This document shows positions 39,380 to 50,247 of a stretch of DNA of 64,000 bases, piece after piece; the stretch's first letter is position 1, and each line of letters starts with the position of its first letter. Where the stretch lies: the NCBI GenBank assembly GCA_963666515.2, contig OY762897.2:3424001-3488000 (forward strand), given 5' to 3'. The notes under the pieces were generated by a model. It was not told the origin of the DNA and did not search any database. It saw only the letters and a program-made list of their open reading frames with translations. The position numbers and the translations under genes are program-made. The stretch is from Candidatus Binatia bacterium. GTDB lineage: Bacteria > Desulfobacterota > Binatia > UBA9968 > JAJDTQ01.

Positions 39380-40394
39380 AGTCGACTTCGATGAGGTGCA
39401 ATCCAACCTCGACGGGTACGTCGATGCCGTTTTCGGGTGCTTGGAATCCGAGTTTCTGGTCATGCCCAAGGGAGAGGGTTTCGTCGAGTTCGCAACCTTC
39501 GAAGCCGGGTATGAAGCGCTGAAACGCGGCACCGGCGGTTTCCGGGAGGTCACGGCGGAGAAAGTGACGCCAGTCGTTTCCGAAATCCCGATTTCCTTGG
39601 TCGTCCTTCGTTGCATGCTGGGTTTTACGCCTCCGGAGTGGGCCTACTACGCAAGCCGGCACACCGGCCTGACAGTCACCCAGAGTGCGGCACGAACCAT
39701 CGACCGCAAGATTCGCATGCAACCCGATGCGAAGTTGCCGAAAAAAGGAACCGTGACGGAGCGGCGCATTCAAGCGCTGATTGCCGCAGCTTGCCATATC
39801 CTCCAGACGGGCGCTCCCGAAAACTCTCCGGACGAACTGCACAGGTTCGACAAGGCCGATACGAGGGCCGGGCTCACCAGCCTCCGATTGTTGGCGGAAC
39901 TGGGCGTTCCCTACTCCATCCTGCTTTACGAGCGTCTGCTCGGCCGGCCGTTTGCGGGACATCGGGACTCCATCAGCGAACTGGTCGGCAACGTCGTCGA
40001 GAACGCCATTGAGGACGTTCTGTCGCGCGCCGGTATAAGCGCTCGCAAGACCGGACGGGCAGAGAGTCTTCCAGGCTTCGACCAAGCCCCCGATTTCGTC
40101 GTCCCAAATGAGTTCAACCCGCAAGTCGTCATTGAGGCCAAGCTCACCGAAGACGACGGTACTGCCCGCGACAAGGTGACACGCGTCCAACATCTCGGCG
40201 CACTCAGCATGGAGGGTCAGCCGCCAGATCAGCCCAAGTTCGAAGTGGTGGCCTGCATCGCGGGACGCGGGTTCGGCGTTCGTCGTGAAGACATGAAGAA
40301 GCTGCTTCTCTCAACCAGGGGCAAGGTCTTCACTTTGCGGAACATGCACCAATTGGTCGACAACACGCGCCTTGCGGAGTTCCGCTCGCGATAG
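39363..40394 (+). CDS. PD-(D/E)xK restriction endonuclease-like protein
   Basis: APDFVV...VIEAKLTEDDGTARDK; GAGGAGG RBS; overlaps the MTase end. Confidence 0.8.
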   Translation: MPFPFEVDFDEVQSNLDGYVDAVFGCLESEFLVMPKGEGFVEFATFEAGYEALKRGTGGFREVTAEKVTPVVSEIPISLVVLRCMLGFTPPEWAYYASRHTGLTVTQSAARTIDRKIRMQPDAKLPKKGTVTERRIQALIAAACHILQTGAPENSPDELHRFDKADTRAGLTSLRLLAELGVPYSILLYERLLGRPFAGHRDSISELVGNVVENAIEDVLSRAGISARKTGRAESLPGFDQAPDFVVPNEFNPQVVIEAKLTEDDGTARDKVTRVQHLGALSMEGQPPDQPKFEVVACIAGRGFGVRREDMKKLLLSTRGKVFTLRNMHQLVDNTRLAEFRSR

Positions 40395-40415
40395 CGGCGT
40401 CCTTCAAAGCCCTCT

Positions 40416-40460
40416 CCGACCGGCGTATGGCAGACGCCGCCGCTTTCGTGATAGCCTGAT
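40416..40460 (+). repeat. 45-bp direct repeat, copy 2 (probable hpnC promoter region)
   Basis: Ends 41 nt before the hpnC ATG; contains a TG-A-TAGCCT extended -10-like box and a CGGCGT/ACGCCG hairpin. Confidence 0.95.
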
Positions 40461-40501
40461 TTCAGGGTGCCACGAGCGGCGCCTTTACCCGTGACCACGC
40501 C

Positions 40502-41434
40502 ATGGCCGAGTCAGTTGCCATAGAGACGCCGTCCGGCAAGCAGGCGGCGGACGAGAATTTTCCCGTCGGGTCCTGGCTGCTGCCGGCGCGCCTGCGGCCG
40601 CACGTGGCGACCTTCTATGCCTACGCGCGGGCCATCGACGACATCGCCGACAACCCGGGCCTCGCGCACGACGACAAGATCGCCCGCCTGGACGGTTTCG
40701 CCAAGGCCGTCAGCGGCGACGGCGACGCCGACCCGGCCTTCCGCAAGGCCCACGAGATCCGCCGCAGCCTGGTGGAGACCGGGGTGACGCACCGGCACTG
40801 CGTGGACCTCGTCCGGGCGTTCAAGCAGGACGCCGTGAAGCTGCGCTACGACGACTGGGACGACCTGATGGGCTACTGTGACCTGTCCGCGGCCCCGGTG
40901 GGCCGCTACCTGGTGGACCTCCACGGCGAGTCGTCCGCGGCCTACCCGGCGTCCGACGCCCTTTGCAACGCGCTGCAGGTGCTCAACCATCTCCAGGACT
41001 GCGGCGACGACTACAGGTCGCTGAACCGGGTCTACCTGCCCCGGGACTGGATGGCCGCCGCGGGCGCAAGCGTCGAGGCCCTCGGCGAAACCCGTTCCTC
41101 CACCGCGCTGCGGCAGGTGCTGGACCGGTGCCTCGACCGGACCGGCGCCCTGCTGGAGCTGGCGGACACGTTGCCGGGACAGCTTCGCAACTCCCGTTTC
41201 GCCATGGAAGCGGCGGCCATCGTCGCCATCGCCCGGAAGCTCGGCGGGGAGTTGCGCCGGCGCGACCCCCTGGCGGAACGGGTGGTGCTGGCGAAGCCGC
41301 AGTTTGCCGCCTGCTGCGTGCGCGGCGCCGGCCGGGTGCTGCTCCGAAGGGCCTTGCGCCGGGACCGCCGGGCGGAACCGCCGCCCTCGCGCGCGGACCG
41401 GCGCGCCGCCGGACGTCACCCGACGCCCAAATGA
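40502..41434 (+). CDS. hpnC: Squalene synthase HpnC (hydroxysqualene synthase)
   Basis: ENFPVGSWLL, ARAIDDIAD, SAAPVGR and NHLQD motifs. Confidence 0.93.
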   Translation: MAESVAIETPSGKQAADENFPVGSWLLPARLRPHVATFYAYARAIDDIADNPGLAHDDKIARLDGFAKAVSGDGDADPAFRKAHEIRRSLVETGVTHRHCVDLVRAFKQDAVKLRYDDWDDLMGYCDLSAAPVGRYLVDLHGESSAAYPASDALCNALQVLNHLQDCGDDYRSLNRVYLPRDWMAAAGASVEALGETRSSTALRQVLDRCLDRTGALLELADTLPGQLRNSRFAMEAAAIVAIARKLGGELRRRDPLAERVVLAKPQFAACCVRGAGRVLLRRALRRDRRAEPPPSRADRRAAGRHPTPK

Positions 41435-41453
41435 CGATCCCGATGGGACGACC

Positions 41454-42329
41454 ATGATGGCGGCGCCGCACCCAGACTCCTCGACTCTCGATACCCTGGA
41501 GCCGTGGACCCACGTCCATCGCGTGGTGGCGCGGTCGGGCACGTCGTTCCTCTGGGGCATGAGGGTGCTGCCGGCGGAACGGCGGCGCGCCATGTACGCC
41601 ATCTATGCGTTCTGCCGCGAGGTGGACGACGTCGCCGACGAGCCCGGGGAGACCGCGGCAAAGAAACGGGGGCTGGCGGCGTGGCGGGAAGAGATCGCGC
41701 GGCTCTACGCGGGCGAGCCGGAGTGGCTGACCACGCGGGCGCTTTTGCAGCCGGTGCGCCGCTTCGACCTGCCGCGGGAGGAATTCCTCGCGGTCATCGA
41801 CGGGGTGGAGATCGACGCCGCGCCCACGGTCAGGATGCCGACCCTGGACGACCTGCTCGACTATTGCCGCAAGGTGGCGGGCGCGGTGGGCATGCTGTCC
41901 ATCCACGCCTTCGGCGTGCCCCGGGACCCCGGCTACCGGATCGCCGAGGCCCTCGGCAACGCCGTGCAGCTCACCAACATCCTGCGCGACGTGAAGGAAG
42001 ACGCGGCCATCGAGCGCCTCTACGTCCCCCTGGAGATGATGCGGCGGCACGGCGTGGCGGAGGGTCCCCCGAGCGCGGTCTTCAGCCAGCCGGGGCTTGC
42101 CGCGGCGTGCGCCGAGCTGGCCGATCTCGCGCGGGACCACTACGCCCGGACCGACCGGCTGCTGGTGCAGCTCGGATGGCGCCAGACGCGTCCCATCGTG
42201 CTGATGATGGCGGTCTACCGGGAGACGCTCCGGCGCCTGGAGGAACGGGGCTGGACGCGCCTCGACCGTCCGGTGCGGCTGACACGGGCGGGCAAACTGT
42301 GGGTCGCCCTGCGCTACGGGCTTCTCTGA
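41454..42329 (+). CDS. hpnD: Presqualene diphosphate synthase HpnD
   Basis: YAFCREVDDVAD and QLTNILRDVKED motifs. Confidence 0.93.
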   Translation: MMAAPHPDSSTLDTLEPWTHVHRVVARSGTSFLWGMRVLPAERRRAMYAIYAFCREVDDVADEPGETAAKKRGLAAWREEIARLYAGEPEWLTTRALLQPVRRFDLPREEFLAVIDGVEIDAAPTVRMPTLDDLLDYCRKVAGAVGMLSIHAFGVPRDPGYRIAEALGNAVQLTNILRDVKEDAAIERLYVPLEMMRRHGVAEGPPSAVFSQPGLAAACAELADLARDHYARTDRLLVQLGWRQTRPIVLMMAVYRETLRRLEERGWTRLDRPVRLTRAGKLWVALRYGLL

Positions 42330-42342
42330 CGGCTTTCTCTCC

Positions 42343-43593
42343 GTGCCCCGGACTCACGTCATCGGCGCCGGCGTGGCCGGCCTCTCCACCGCGGTCGCGC
42401 TGGCGCGGGCGGGGCACTCCGTCACCCTCCACGAGGCCAGCGGCCAGGCCGGCGGACGCTGCCGGTCGTACTTCGACGCCAAGCTTGACTGCGCCATCGA
42501 CAACGGCAACCACCTGCTGCTCACCGGCAACGAGTCCACCATGCGCTACCTGGCGGACACCGGCGCCGCCAGCGAGCTGGTGGGACCGGCTTCGGCCTGC
42601 TTCCCGTTCCTCGATCTGCGCACCGGCCGGCGGTGGCGGCTCCGGCCCAACGCCGGCCGGCTGCCGTGGTGGATCCTCGACCCGCGCCGTCGCGTGCCCG
42701 GCACCCGGGTACGGGACTACCTGTCGGGACTCCGTTTCGCCGTGGCCGGCGCGGACCGCACCGTGACCGATTGCGTGGGCGACCGCGGCGAGCTGTTCGA
42801 GAAGTTTTGGGAGCCGCTGGCGGTAGCGGCCCTCAACAGCCCGGTACGGACCGGCGCGGCGCGGCTCCTGTGGCCGGTGCTGCGCGAGACCTTCGGGCGG
42901 GGCGAGGCCGCCTGCCGGCCCCGCATCGCCCGGACGGGCCTCTCGGGAACGTTCGTGGAGCCGGCGTTGGCGCTCCTGCGGCGTTGCGGCTCCGAAATCC
43001 GGTTCGGCGCCCGGTTGCGCCGCATCGCCCATGAGGGCGGCGCGGCCCGCGGTCTCGATTTCGGCGCCGGAACGGTGGCGTTGGAGGACCGCGACAGCGT
43101 GGTGCTGGCGCTGCCGCCGCCGGCCGCGGCGGACCTGGTGCCGGATCTGACCGTGCCGGACGAAAGCCACGCCATCGTCAACGCCCACTTCCGCTTGACC
43201 GAGCCTGCCGGCCTGCCGGAGGAGCTGCCGTTTCTCGGGCTGATCGGCGGCGCCGCCCAGTGGCTGTTCGCGCGCGGCGACGTGGCCTCCATCACCATCA
43301 GCGCGGCCGACGACGTGGTGGACGAGGAGGCCGACGTGATCGCCCGGCGAACCTGGCGCGACGTCGCTGCCGCCCTCGCCCGCGACCCGGACCCGTTGCC
43401 GCCCTACCGCGTCGTCAAGGAAAAACGCGCGACGTTCGCGCAGACCCCCGCGCAGGTGAAGCTCCGCCCCGGCACCCGCACCCGTTTCTCCAACCTGCAC
43501 TTGGCCGGGGACTGGATCGATACGGGGCTGCCCGCCACCATCGAGAGCGCCGTCCGGTCGGGCCACATGGCCGCCCGCGCGATCACCGGATGA
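42343..43593 (+). CDS. hpnE: Hydroxysqualene dehydroxylase HpnE
   Basis: GAGVAG, GGRCRS, DNGNH, KEKRAT and [12 protein letters not shown] motifs. Confidence 0.93.
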   Translation: MPRTHVIGAGVAGLSTAVALARAGHSVTLHEASGQAGGRCRSYFDAKLDCAIDNGNHLLLTGNESTMRYLADTGAASELVGPASACFPFLDLRTGRRWRLRPNAGRLPWWILDPRRRVPGTRVRDYLSGLRFAVAGADRTVTDCVGDRGELFEKFWEPLAVAALNSPVRTGAARLLWPVLRETFGRGEAACRPRIARTGLSGTFVEPALALLRRCGSEIRFGARLRRIAHEGGAARGLDFGAGTVALEDRDSVVLALPPPAAADLVPDLTVPDESHAIVNAHFRLTEPAGLPEELPFLGLIGGAAQWLFARGDVASITISAADDVVDEEADVIARRTWRDVAAALARDPDPLPPYRVVKEKRATFAQTPAQVKLRPGTRTRFSNLHLAGDWIDTGLPATIESAVRSGHMAARAITG

Positions 43594-43723
43594 CGCCCTA
43601 CCCGTGTTCCGAGCGGAGGGAGGCCGGTTCACCTCGAAGGGCGCCATCATTGACCCTCGTGTGCCCGTGCTGCATAGTGAAACGTATCGAAGAGCCGGTA
43701 CGGCGGGATCGGAGGGCTTCCCA

Positions 43724-44683
43724 GTGGCAAAGCAACCCCTGCGGGTCATCCTGGCGCAACCGAGAGGTTTCTGCGCCGGCGTGGTCAGGGCGGTGGACAT
43801 CGTCGAGCGCGCGCTCGACATCTACGGCGCACCGGTCTACGTGCGCCACGAGATCGTCCACAACAAGCACGTGGTGGACCGCTTGCGCGAGAAGGGCGCG
43901 CGTTTCGTCGAGAAGGTCTCCGACATCCCCAAGGGCGCGGTGACGGTGTTCAGCGCCCACGGCGTATCGCGGAAGGTGGAGGACGCCGCGGACACCCGCA
44001 GCCTCCAGGTCATCGACGCCACCTGCCCGCTGGTGAGCAAGGTGCACGTCGAGGCGCAACGCTACGCGCGGCAGGACTACGAGGTGGTCCTCATCGGACA
44101 CGCGGGACATCCGGAGGTGGAGGGCACCATGGGGCAGGTGCCGGGCACGGTGCACCTGGTGTCCGATCTGGCGGACGTGGCGGCGCTGAAGCCCGCGGAC
44201 CCGGCGAAGCTGGCCTACGTGACGCAGACGACCCTCAGCGTCGACGACACGCGCGAGATCATCGCCGCGCTGAAGGCGCGTTTCCCCGAGATCCGGGGCC
44301 CCGACGTGAAGGACATCTGCTACGCGACGCAGAACCGGCAGACCGCGGTGCGGCTTCTGGCGGCCGAGTCCGACGTGATCCTGGTCATCGGCGCCGACTA
44401 CAGCTCCAACTCCAACCGGCTGCGGGAGATCGGCGACGAGGTGGGGACCGCCAGCCACCTCATACCGGATGCCGGCAGCCTGGACCCTGCCTGGCTGGAA
44501 GGGACGCATACGGTGGGCATCACCGCCGGCGCGTCCGCGCCCGAAGATCTGGTGCAAGGGCTCGTGGACCGGCTCTGCGACATGTTCGACGTCACCCTGA
44601 CCGACCTCGACGGCATCGAGGAGAACGTCACCTTCAAGCTCCCGCGGGAACTCGTCGGCGTCGACCCCGCTATTCCCCGTTAG
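43724..44683 (+). CDS. ispH: 4-hydroxy-3-methylbut-2-enyl diphosphate reductase
   Basis: [25 protein letters not shown] and SSNSNRL motifs; GTG start. Confidence 0.96.
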   Translation: MAKQPLRVILAQPRGFCAGVVRAVDIVERALDIYGAPVYVRHEIVHNKHVVDRLREKGARFVEKVSDIPKGAVTVFSAHGVSRKVEDAADTRSLQVIDATCPLVSKVHVEAQRYARQDYEVVLIGHAGHPEVEGTMGQVPGTVHLVSDLADVAALKPADPAKLAYVTQTTLSVDDTREIIAALKARFPEIRGPDVKDICYATQNRQTAVRLLAAESDVILVIGADYSSNSNRLREIGDEVGTASHLIPDAGSLDPAWLEGTHTVGITAGASAPEDLVQGLVDRLCDMFDVTLTDLDGIEENVTFKLPRELVGVDPAIPR

Positions 44684-45933
44684 AAGTTGTAGCTCAGGTG
44701 CAGCTCGACGAAGCTGTCGCGCCGAGTCTGGTAGGTGGCGACGTCCGCCCTGTCCACCGCCAGGAAGAATACGCTCTCGACGTGCAGCGACCAATGGTCG
44801 GAGAGGCGGCGGTTGAACTCGACGAACAGCGAACGCGTGGAATGGTCGGCGTCGGCCAGAAAGCTGGCGACGAGATCGGTGCTCTGGACGTCGTTGAACG
44901 CCAGGCGCGCGCCCAGGAAGATGTCGTTCTGGAAGACGTTGGTGGCGTTCTCCTTCCGCCCGTCGTAGTTCCACTCGGCGAGAAGGCTGAGGTCAAGGTC
45001 CGACTCGAAGATGGAGTTGAACGTGTACTCTCCGCCGGCGACGAAGGCCGCGTAGTCTTCTTCCCGCCCGACCTGGTTCGAGGCGCCGCTTCGGTGCAGG
45101 GCCTCGAGCTTCAACAGCCAGGACCCGATGGTGAGCTGGGCGTCCAGACTGAACTGGCGGGTCTGCTCGTAGTAGGGCGCCAGCAGCAGCTCGCCCTTCC
45201 GGTTCAGCCGAGGCGGCAGGCAGGCAAGGCAGGGCTCCCGGCTGGTGCCGTCGAAGACGCTCACGCCCAAGTCGAGGGGACCGAAGCTGTGGCTGTAACG
45301 AGCGGCCAGGTCCACGTGCCACTCTTCGGCCGAACTCTCGTAGAAGACGCGCTTTTCGTCCACCACGAATTGGCTGCGCAGGCGGCCTTCCCGGCCCGGG
45401 TAGGTGCGTTCCCGGTGATACGGAAGCGCGAAAAGTTCTGCCACCCCCCAGTCGCCGGACCAAGTCAGATGGGCCATGAGCTGGCCGAGCTTGGCTTCTT
45501 CGTTGGGATTCTCGATAAGGTCGGTCTGGTTGACGATATCCACCAGGTGGCGTGATTCCGCAACCCCCCAGAACACCCGGTCCGCACCGAGGCGCAACTC
45601 CCACTCGCCGTCGCCGATCTCGCCGAACACCAGGAAATAGGCTTCGCGCACGTCGAAATGGGTGCGGCGGGAGTCGCCGGCGTCGTAGCGGAAGAAGGGC
45701 GCGAGGGTGACGCTTCTGCCCTCGTCGTCCTCGGCGTAGAGCCTGGGCTCCACCACGACGCCGGAGGCGTGGGACTTCTGGCCGGGGTGGTCTTCGTCCT
45801 GGTAGTGCCACCGGCTCTCCAGGCCCACCCGTCCCGACACCTCGATCGCCGAGGCTCCTCCGGCGGCAAGGACCCAAGCCAGGACCAGGATCGTCCCGGC
45901 CGCGGTGATGAGGAGGAAGGGGCGCGTCATCAC
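44680..45933 (-). CDS. Outer-membrane beta-barrel protein of unknown function
   Basis: Signal peptide, alternating beta strands, terminal YNF; coupled to the LolA-like gene. Confidence 0.75.
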   Translation of the reverse strand: MMTRPFLLITAAGTILVLAWVLAAGGASAIEVSGRVGLESRWHYQDEDHPGQKSHASGVVVEPRLYAEDDEGRSVTLAPFFRYDAGDSRRTHFDVREAYFLVFGEIGDGEWELRLGADRVFWGVAESRHLVDIVNQTDLIENPNEEAKLGQLMAHLTWSGDWGVAELFALPYHRERTYPGREGRLRSQFVVDEKRVFYESSAEEWHVDLAARYSHSFGPLDLGVSVFDGTSREPCLACLPPRLNRKGELLLAPYYEQTRQFSLDAQLTIGSWLLKLEALHRSGASNQVGREEDYAAFVAGGEYTFNSIFESDLDLSLLAEWNYDGRKENATNVFQNDIFLGARLAFNDVQSTDLVASFLADADHSTRSLFVEFNRRLSDHWSLHVESVFFLAVDRADVATYQTRRDSFVELHLSYNF

Positions 45934-46742
45934 CGTGCCCGTTTCAGGCCGGTCCGGGTGAAGTCCCTCTCATTGAGCTTGGTCCGGTACTTGAAATCCG
46001 TCCACGTCATCACCGTGCTCTTGCCCGTCAGGTGATTGACCATGGTCATCTCGTGCGCCTGCCAGTAGCGGTCCAGGTACTTCCGGTACTTGGCCATCGT
46101 CAGGGTCTTCAGGTGGGCATTCTTCCGGTCGAAGTAGTGGACCTTGCGGACCCGCAGCTCGTCCTTGTCCTGCCACACCACCTGGCGGCGATAACCCGAC
46201 CTCTTGGCGACCGGGAAGCGTTCCACGACCGTGCAGGTGGCGTCGCCGCAAGGCTCGTCGCGCAGGTACTTGTAGGTGAACCTTTCCACTTCCGAGCTGC
46301 CCATGTCCTCGTACGAGAACTCGCTGCCCATGAAGGAGCCGGAGCGATTCGACGAGCTGATGCGCTTGACCCGCTTGAGCGCCGGCAAGTAGAGCCACTG
46401 GTCGTCCGATTTCTCCTTGTGGGCGTGGACGAGGAAGGCCGTCCCCTTCACGTCCCGCGGCTCGTCGAACACGAACAGGCTCTTGTCGCCGTCTCCGGGC
46501 GCCTCCAGGACCTTGATGCGGGCTTGGCGCTTGCTCTCCTGCCCATGCTTGTTGCGCAGCACCATGGTCTGCTGCGCGGTGAAGTTGCCGAAACCCTTGC
46601 CCCTCTCGCGGGTTTCACGCGCGATCTTCAACCCCTTTTCCTCCGCGGTTTCAGCGTGCGCCGCCGGCGGCCCGCCCGCGGAAGCGAGCAGCGCCAGGCA
46701 GGAGAAGAGCAGCACCCATCGAACAGGCAGAACGTGCATCAC
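45930..46742 (-). CDS. LolA-like outer-membrane lipoprotein-sorting family protein
   Basis: PRDVKGTAFL, DDQWLYLPALKRVKRI and SFMGSEFSYED motifs. Confidence 0.9.
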   Translation of the reverse strand: MMHVLPVRWVLLFSCLALLASAGGPPAAHAETAEEKGLKIARETRERGKGFGNFTAQQTMVLRNKHGQESKRQARIKVLEAPGDGDKSLFVFDEPRDVKGTAFLVHAHKEKSDDQWLYLPALKRVKRISSSNRSGSFMGSEFSYEDMGSSEVERFTYKYLRDEPCGDATCTVVERFPVAKRSGYRRQVVWQDKDELRVRKVHYFDRKNAHLKTLTMAKYRKYLDRYWQAHEMTMVNHLTGKSTVMTWTDFKYRTKLNERDFTRTGLKRAR

Positions 46743-49030
46743 GATTCCCTCCGGTCAAGGGCCATCAACAGAGTCGGTAAAAGCAGAAAATCACCCGCGA
46801 GCGCAAACAGAATGGTGCTGGTCACCATGAGCCCGAGGGCCCAGCTCACCTCGAACCCCGATGACGCGAAGACCAGAAACCCCGCGGACAACACCGCGGT
46901 GGTGACCCAAAGCGCGTGGCCGACGGTGCGGAAGACGGAGCGCACCGCCTCGGCGGCCGGGAGGCCCTCCCGGCGGGCCCTCAGGTACTTGCTGAGGAAG
47001 TGGATCGTGTCGTCCACCACGATGCCGAAGGAGATGGCGACCATCACCGAGGCCGCGAGCCCCACCTGGCCCACGAGCCAGCCCCACAGGCCGAAGGTCA
47101 TGATCGCGGGAAGGAAGTTGGGCACGAGGCTGATGAGGCCCAGGCGCACGCTCCGGAAGACCCCGATGAGAATGAACGAGATCAGCGCCATGGCGACGAT
47201 GGTGCCGCGCAGCATGCTCTCGATGTTGCGCTTGGACAGGTGGGCGAAGACCACGGTCAGGCCCGTCCCCTCGGTGGCGAGCTGCGGCGCGTTGGCCCGG
47301 AGCCAGGCCTGCCCGCGCGCGTCGATCTCCCGGTGTTCGCGAGCCGACGAGCTGGTGACCACGACGGTCATGCGCGTGGCGGACTTGCCCACGTCGATGC
47401 GGTCGTTCAGGTCGCTTCCGAACGGCAGCGAAAGCTCGTACAGCAGCAGGTACTGGGCGGCGAGCTCGGGATCGTCCGGCAGCCGGTAGAACGCCGGGTC
47501 GTCGTCGTGCATGTTCTTGTTCAGGCGCTTCATGATGTCCGGGAACGCCTGGACGTGGCTCACCTCGGGCTGGCTCCGGAACCATTCGGCGAAGGCGTCC
47601 ACCGCACGCAGGTAGGCCGGATCGGTGATGCCGCCTTCCCGTTCCGCCTTGAGCGAGTATTCCAGCGTGTTCAGGCTGGTGAGATTCTCGACCACGAAGT
47701 CCGTGTGGCGCCGGAACTCGTAGCGGTCGTCGAAGTACTTGGTCCAGTTGTCGGTCAGCTCGATGCGGGGGACGCCGGTGGCCAGGGCCAGCGTCACGAC
47801 GGCGACGGACCCCAGCAGCACCCTGCGGCGCGCCACCACGAAGCCGCCCAGGCGGTCGAAGAACGGGTGGCCTTCAGCGCGGGCGCGAGGCGCGCGCAAG
47901 GGCAGCAGCGAGAGCACCGCCGGCAGCAGCGTCAGGGTATAGAGGAAGGCGCAGCCCACACCGAAGGCCACGAAATTGCCCAGCACGTGGAACGGCGGCG
48001 AGTCCGAGGAATTGAGGCTGAGAAAACCGATGGCGGTGGTGGCCGCGGTCAGGAACACCGGCCAGGCGTTGGCGCGAAGGGATTCGGCGACGGCCTCGTT
48101 CCGGTCGGCGCCGCGGCTCATGGCCAGCAAGGCGGTGGCGACCACATGGACCGAGTTCGCCACGGATATGGCCATGACGATGATCGGCACGCCGGAATTC
48201 GCCGGGTTGAACACCGCTCCCATCCAGCCCGCGAGCCCCATGGTGCTGTTGACCGAGAACACCATGACGAGAACGATGGACACGGTGCCCCAGACCGAGC
48301 GCAGGAGAAACGCCGAGGCGGCCACGATGACCAGGAACACCACCGGGACCAGGGTGGCGAGATCGTCTTCCGTGGCCTCGGCGAAGGCGCGGTTCATGAC
48401 CACCAGGCCGGTCAGGTAGTAGTCGATGCCCGGATGCTTTGCCCGGGCCTTGTCCAGCAGGGTGCGGAGATAACCGGTAATCTCGATCACCGCGGGGTCG
48501 GAGTCTTCCGGAAGCACGAAGGTGATGACCAGTCCAGCCACCCGGCCGTCGCGGGAGACCAGGCGGCCGGCGGTCTCTGGAGAGCCCAGCGCGATGTTCC
48601 TGACCCGCGCCACTCCGGCGTCGTCCAGCGCCTGCGCGTCCTCCACCAGCGGCTCGACGATCAGGTCGTCGCCGTCCGCCTCGCTGTGGGTATAGTTGGT
48701 GAGGGAGTCGACCCGGGTGGAATGCGGCGCTTCCCACGCCGCCGCGGTGAGTTCCTCGACGGCGCCCAGGTTCTCGCGCGTGAACACCGTGCCCTGCCGC
48801 GGCGCGACCGCGATCAGCGCCGAGTTGGATGCGGAGTAGGTGGCTTCCAGGGCGTCGAACGCCGCGAGCTGCGGATTGCCTTCGCCGAAGAGAACCCGGT
48901 GCTCGTTCTTGACCACGACGTGGGGCGCACCCGCGGCCAAGGCCAGCATGACCAGGGTCGCGAGCCCGGCCACCAGCCACCGGTGACGCAGGACGGCGGC
49001 GATGTACGTGTCCAGTGAGAGAGAATTCAT
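46739..49030 (-). CDS. MMPL/RND-family transporter
   Basis: Two RND halves; TTAIGFLSL and GIVVDDTIHFL motifs. Confidence 0.92.
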   Translation of the reverse strand: MNSLSLDTYIAAVLRHRWLVAGLATLVMLALAAGAPHVVVKNEHRVLFGEGNPQLAAFDALEATYSASNSALIAVAPRQGTVFTRENLGAVEELTAAAWEAPHSTRVDSLTNYTHSEADGDDLIVEPLVEDAQALDDAGVARVRNIALGSPETAGRLVSRDGRVAGLVITFVLPEDSDPAVIEITGYLRTLLDKARAKHPGIDYYLTGLVVMNRAFAEATEDDLATLVPVVFLVIVAASAFLLRSVWGTVSIVLVMVFSVNSTMGLAGWMGAVFNPANSGVPIIVMAISVANSVHVVATALLAMSRGADRNEAVAESLRANAWPVFLTAATTAIGFLSLNSSDSPPFHVLGNFVAFGVGCAFLYTLTLLPAVLSLLPLRAPRARAEGHPFFDRLGGFVVARRRVLLGSVAVVTLALATGVPRIELTDNWTKYFDDRYEFRRHTDFVVENLTSLNTLEYSLKAEREGGITDPAYLRAVDAFAEWFRSQPEVSHVQAFPDIMKRLNKNMHDDDPAFYRLPDDPELAAQYLLLYELSLPFGSDLNDRIDVGKSATRMTVVVTSSSAREHREIDARGQAWLRANAPQLATEGTGLTVVFAHLSKRNIESMLRGTIVAMALISFILIGVFRSVRLGLISLVPNFLPAIMTFGLWGWLVGQVGLAASVMVAISFGIVVDDTIHFLSKYLRARREGLPAAEAVRSVFRTVGHALWVTTAVLSAGFLVFASSGFEVSWALGLMVTSTILFALAGDFLLLPTLLMALDRRES

Positions 49031-49075
49031 GGGTTTGGGAACGCTACCGGACGGGCGCTGCGGCTACAAGCACCG

Positions 49076-50230
49076 TCACCATTCGCTTTGCTTCGATGAG
49101 TGGACGTGGTCGGGCATCTTGTAGCTCAGGCCGCCCTCGTCGTACACCGAGATCTTGATCATCTGAGTGAAGTTTCCCGATCGTATGAGCTGGTCGCTCG
49201 TCAGCATCCGCTGAAGGCGTTGTTTCATCCGGAACAGGAACAGCGTCCCGATGGTGTTGGTCTTAGGGTACCGGAAGTGGTTGGCCAGTTTGTTGCCTAT
49301 GAGGGCGCGCGAAAGGCGCCGGGCCAGGGCCGTCACTCTCTTCTGCTCGTCCGGATCCTGGATATCCGCAACCTTCGGAATCGAGTCGATCAGCATGTTC
49401 GCCACGGCTGCGGCGTCCGCGTCCGGTTCGGGCTCGATCAGTCTGCCGATCCGGTACATTCTTTCCGCCGCGGGGCCGTCGGCATAGAGGATGGCGTCAG
49501 GTATTCCCATGAGATGGCCGGCATAACGCCAGACGGCCAGGACGCTGTCATACTCTTTCTTGCTGAACTTCGCGCCCAACAACGTCGCGTATTCGAGCAG
49601 AAGCCTGGAGAAAACGGAGATGGCGAAACCCAGGTGCGCGGCGCTTACCGGCGTGCCCCAGGCCTCATGGTCCCAGTCGTCGGATTTCGCCAGCAGGTTC
49701 CTGATCCGGGCGTGGACGAAGCGCACCCGGGTGGACAGCTTCCAGCCGTCGCCGTCGCGGTTGAGGCCGCCCGGGAAGAAGATGTCCAGGAGCTGGCGGT
49801 TGTTCTGCTGGAGGCGTCGTTCGGTCGCGCCCACCCGGCCGGTGATGTAGAAGGACTTCGAGATGAGCGTGGCAAAGCCTTCCACCAGCACGCCGGTGAC
49901 GAATGCCGCCAGCATGAGGTCCACGTTGGCGTGGAAGGCGCGTATCCCCGGACGAAAGGCGTCGTGGTCGAGCCAGGGGGGATCCTCGAGGTTCTCGAAG
50001 AAGTCGCGCAGGACTTGGGGCGCGTCCCGCAGAACTTCGTCGTGGTGCTCGATGCCGGCGCCCACGAAACGATGAAGGTGTGCCGGATTCAGCGAGGAGA
50101 GCTCCTCCATCACCGGGTCGAGCGCGGGGTCGCCGATGAGGGTGTGGCGGAGATAGTTGTCAGCCAGCGCTTGGTCGTACTGGCGGGCCTTGGCGTAGCC
50201 CGCGGTGTAGGCGGTCGGCGTCCGGTCCAT
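49076..50230 (-). CDS. MpaB/Lcp-like (DUF2236) heme oxygenase
   Basis: GDPALD, RVRFVHARIR, WGTPVS and WRYAGHLMGI motifs. Confidence 0.8.
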   Translation of the reverse strand: MDRTPTAYTAGYAKARQYDQALADNYLRHTLIGDPALDPVMEELSSLNPAHLHRFVGAGIEHHDEVLRDAPQVLRDFFENLEDPPWLDHDAFRPGIRAFHANVDLMLAAFVTGVLVEGFATLISKSFYITGRVGATERRLQQNNRQLLDIFFPGGLNRDGDGWKLSTRVRFVHARIRNLLAKSDDWDHEAWGTPVSAAHLGFAISVFSRLLLEYATLLGAKFSKKEYDSVLAVWRYAGHLMGIPDAILYADGPAAERMYRIGRLIEPEPDADAAAVANMLIDSIPKVADIQDPDEQKRVTALARRLSRALIGNKLANHFRYPKTNTIGTLFLFRMKQRLQRMLTSDQLIRSGNFTQMIKISVYDEGGLSYKMPDHVHSSKQSEW

Positions 50231-50247
50231 GGTTGCGCCCGTAAACG

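Noticed and set aside
40502-43593. Calling hpnCDE a carotenoid (crtB/crtI) or complete hopanoid cluster
   Set aside because: Motifs match HpnC/D/E specifically; neither a desaturase nor a squalene-hopene cyclase is in the window.
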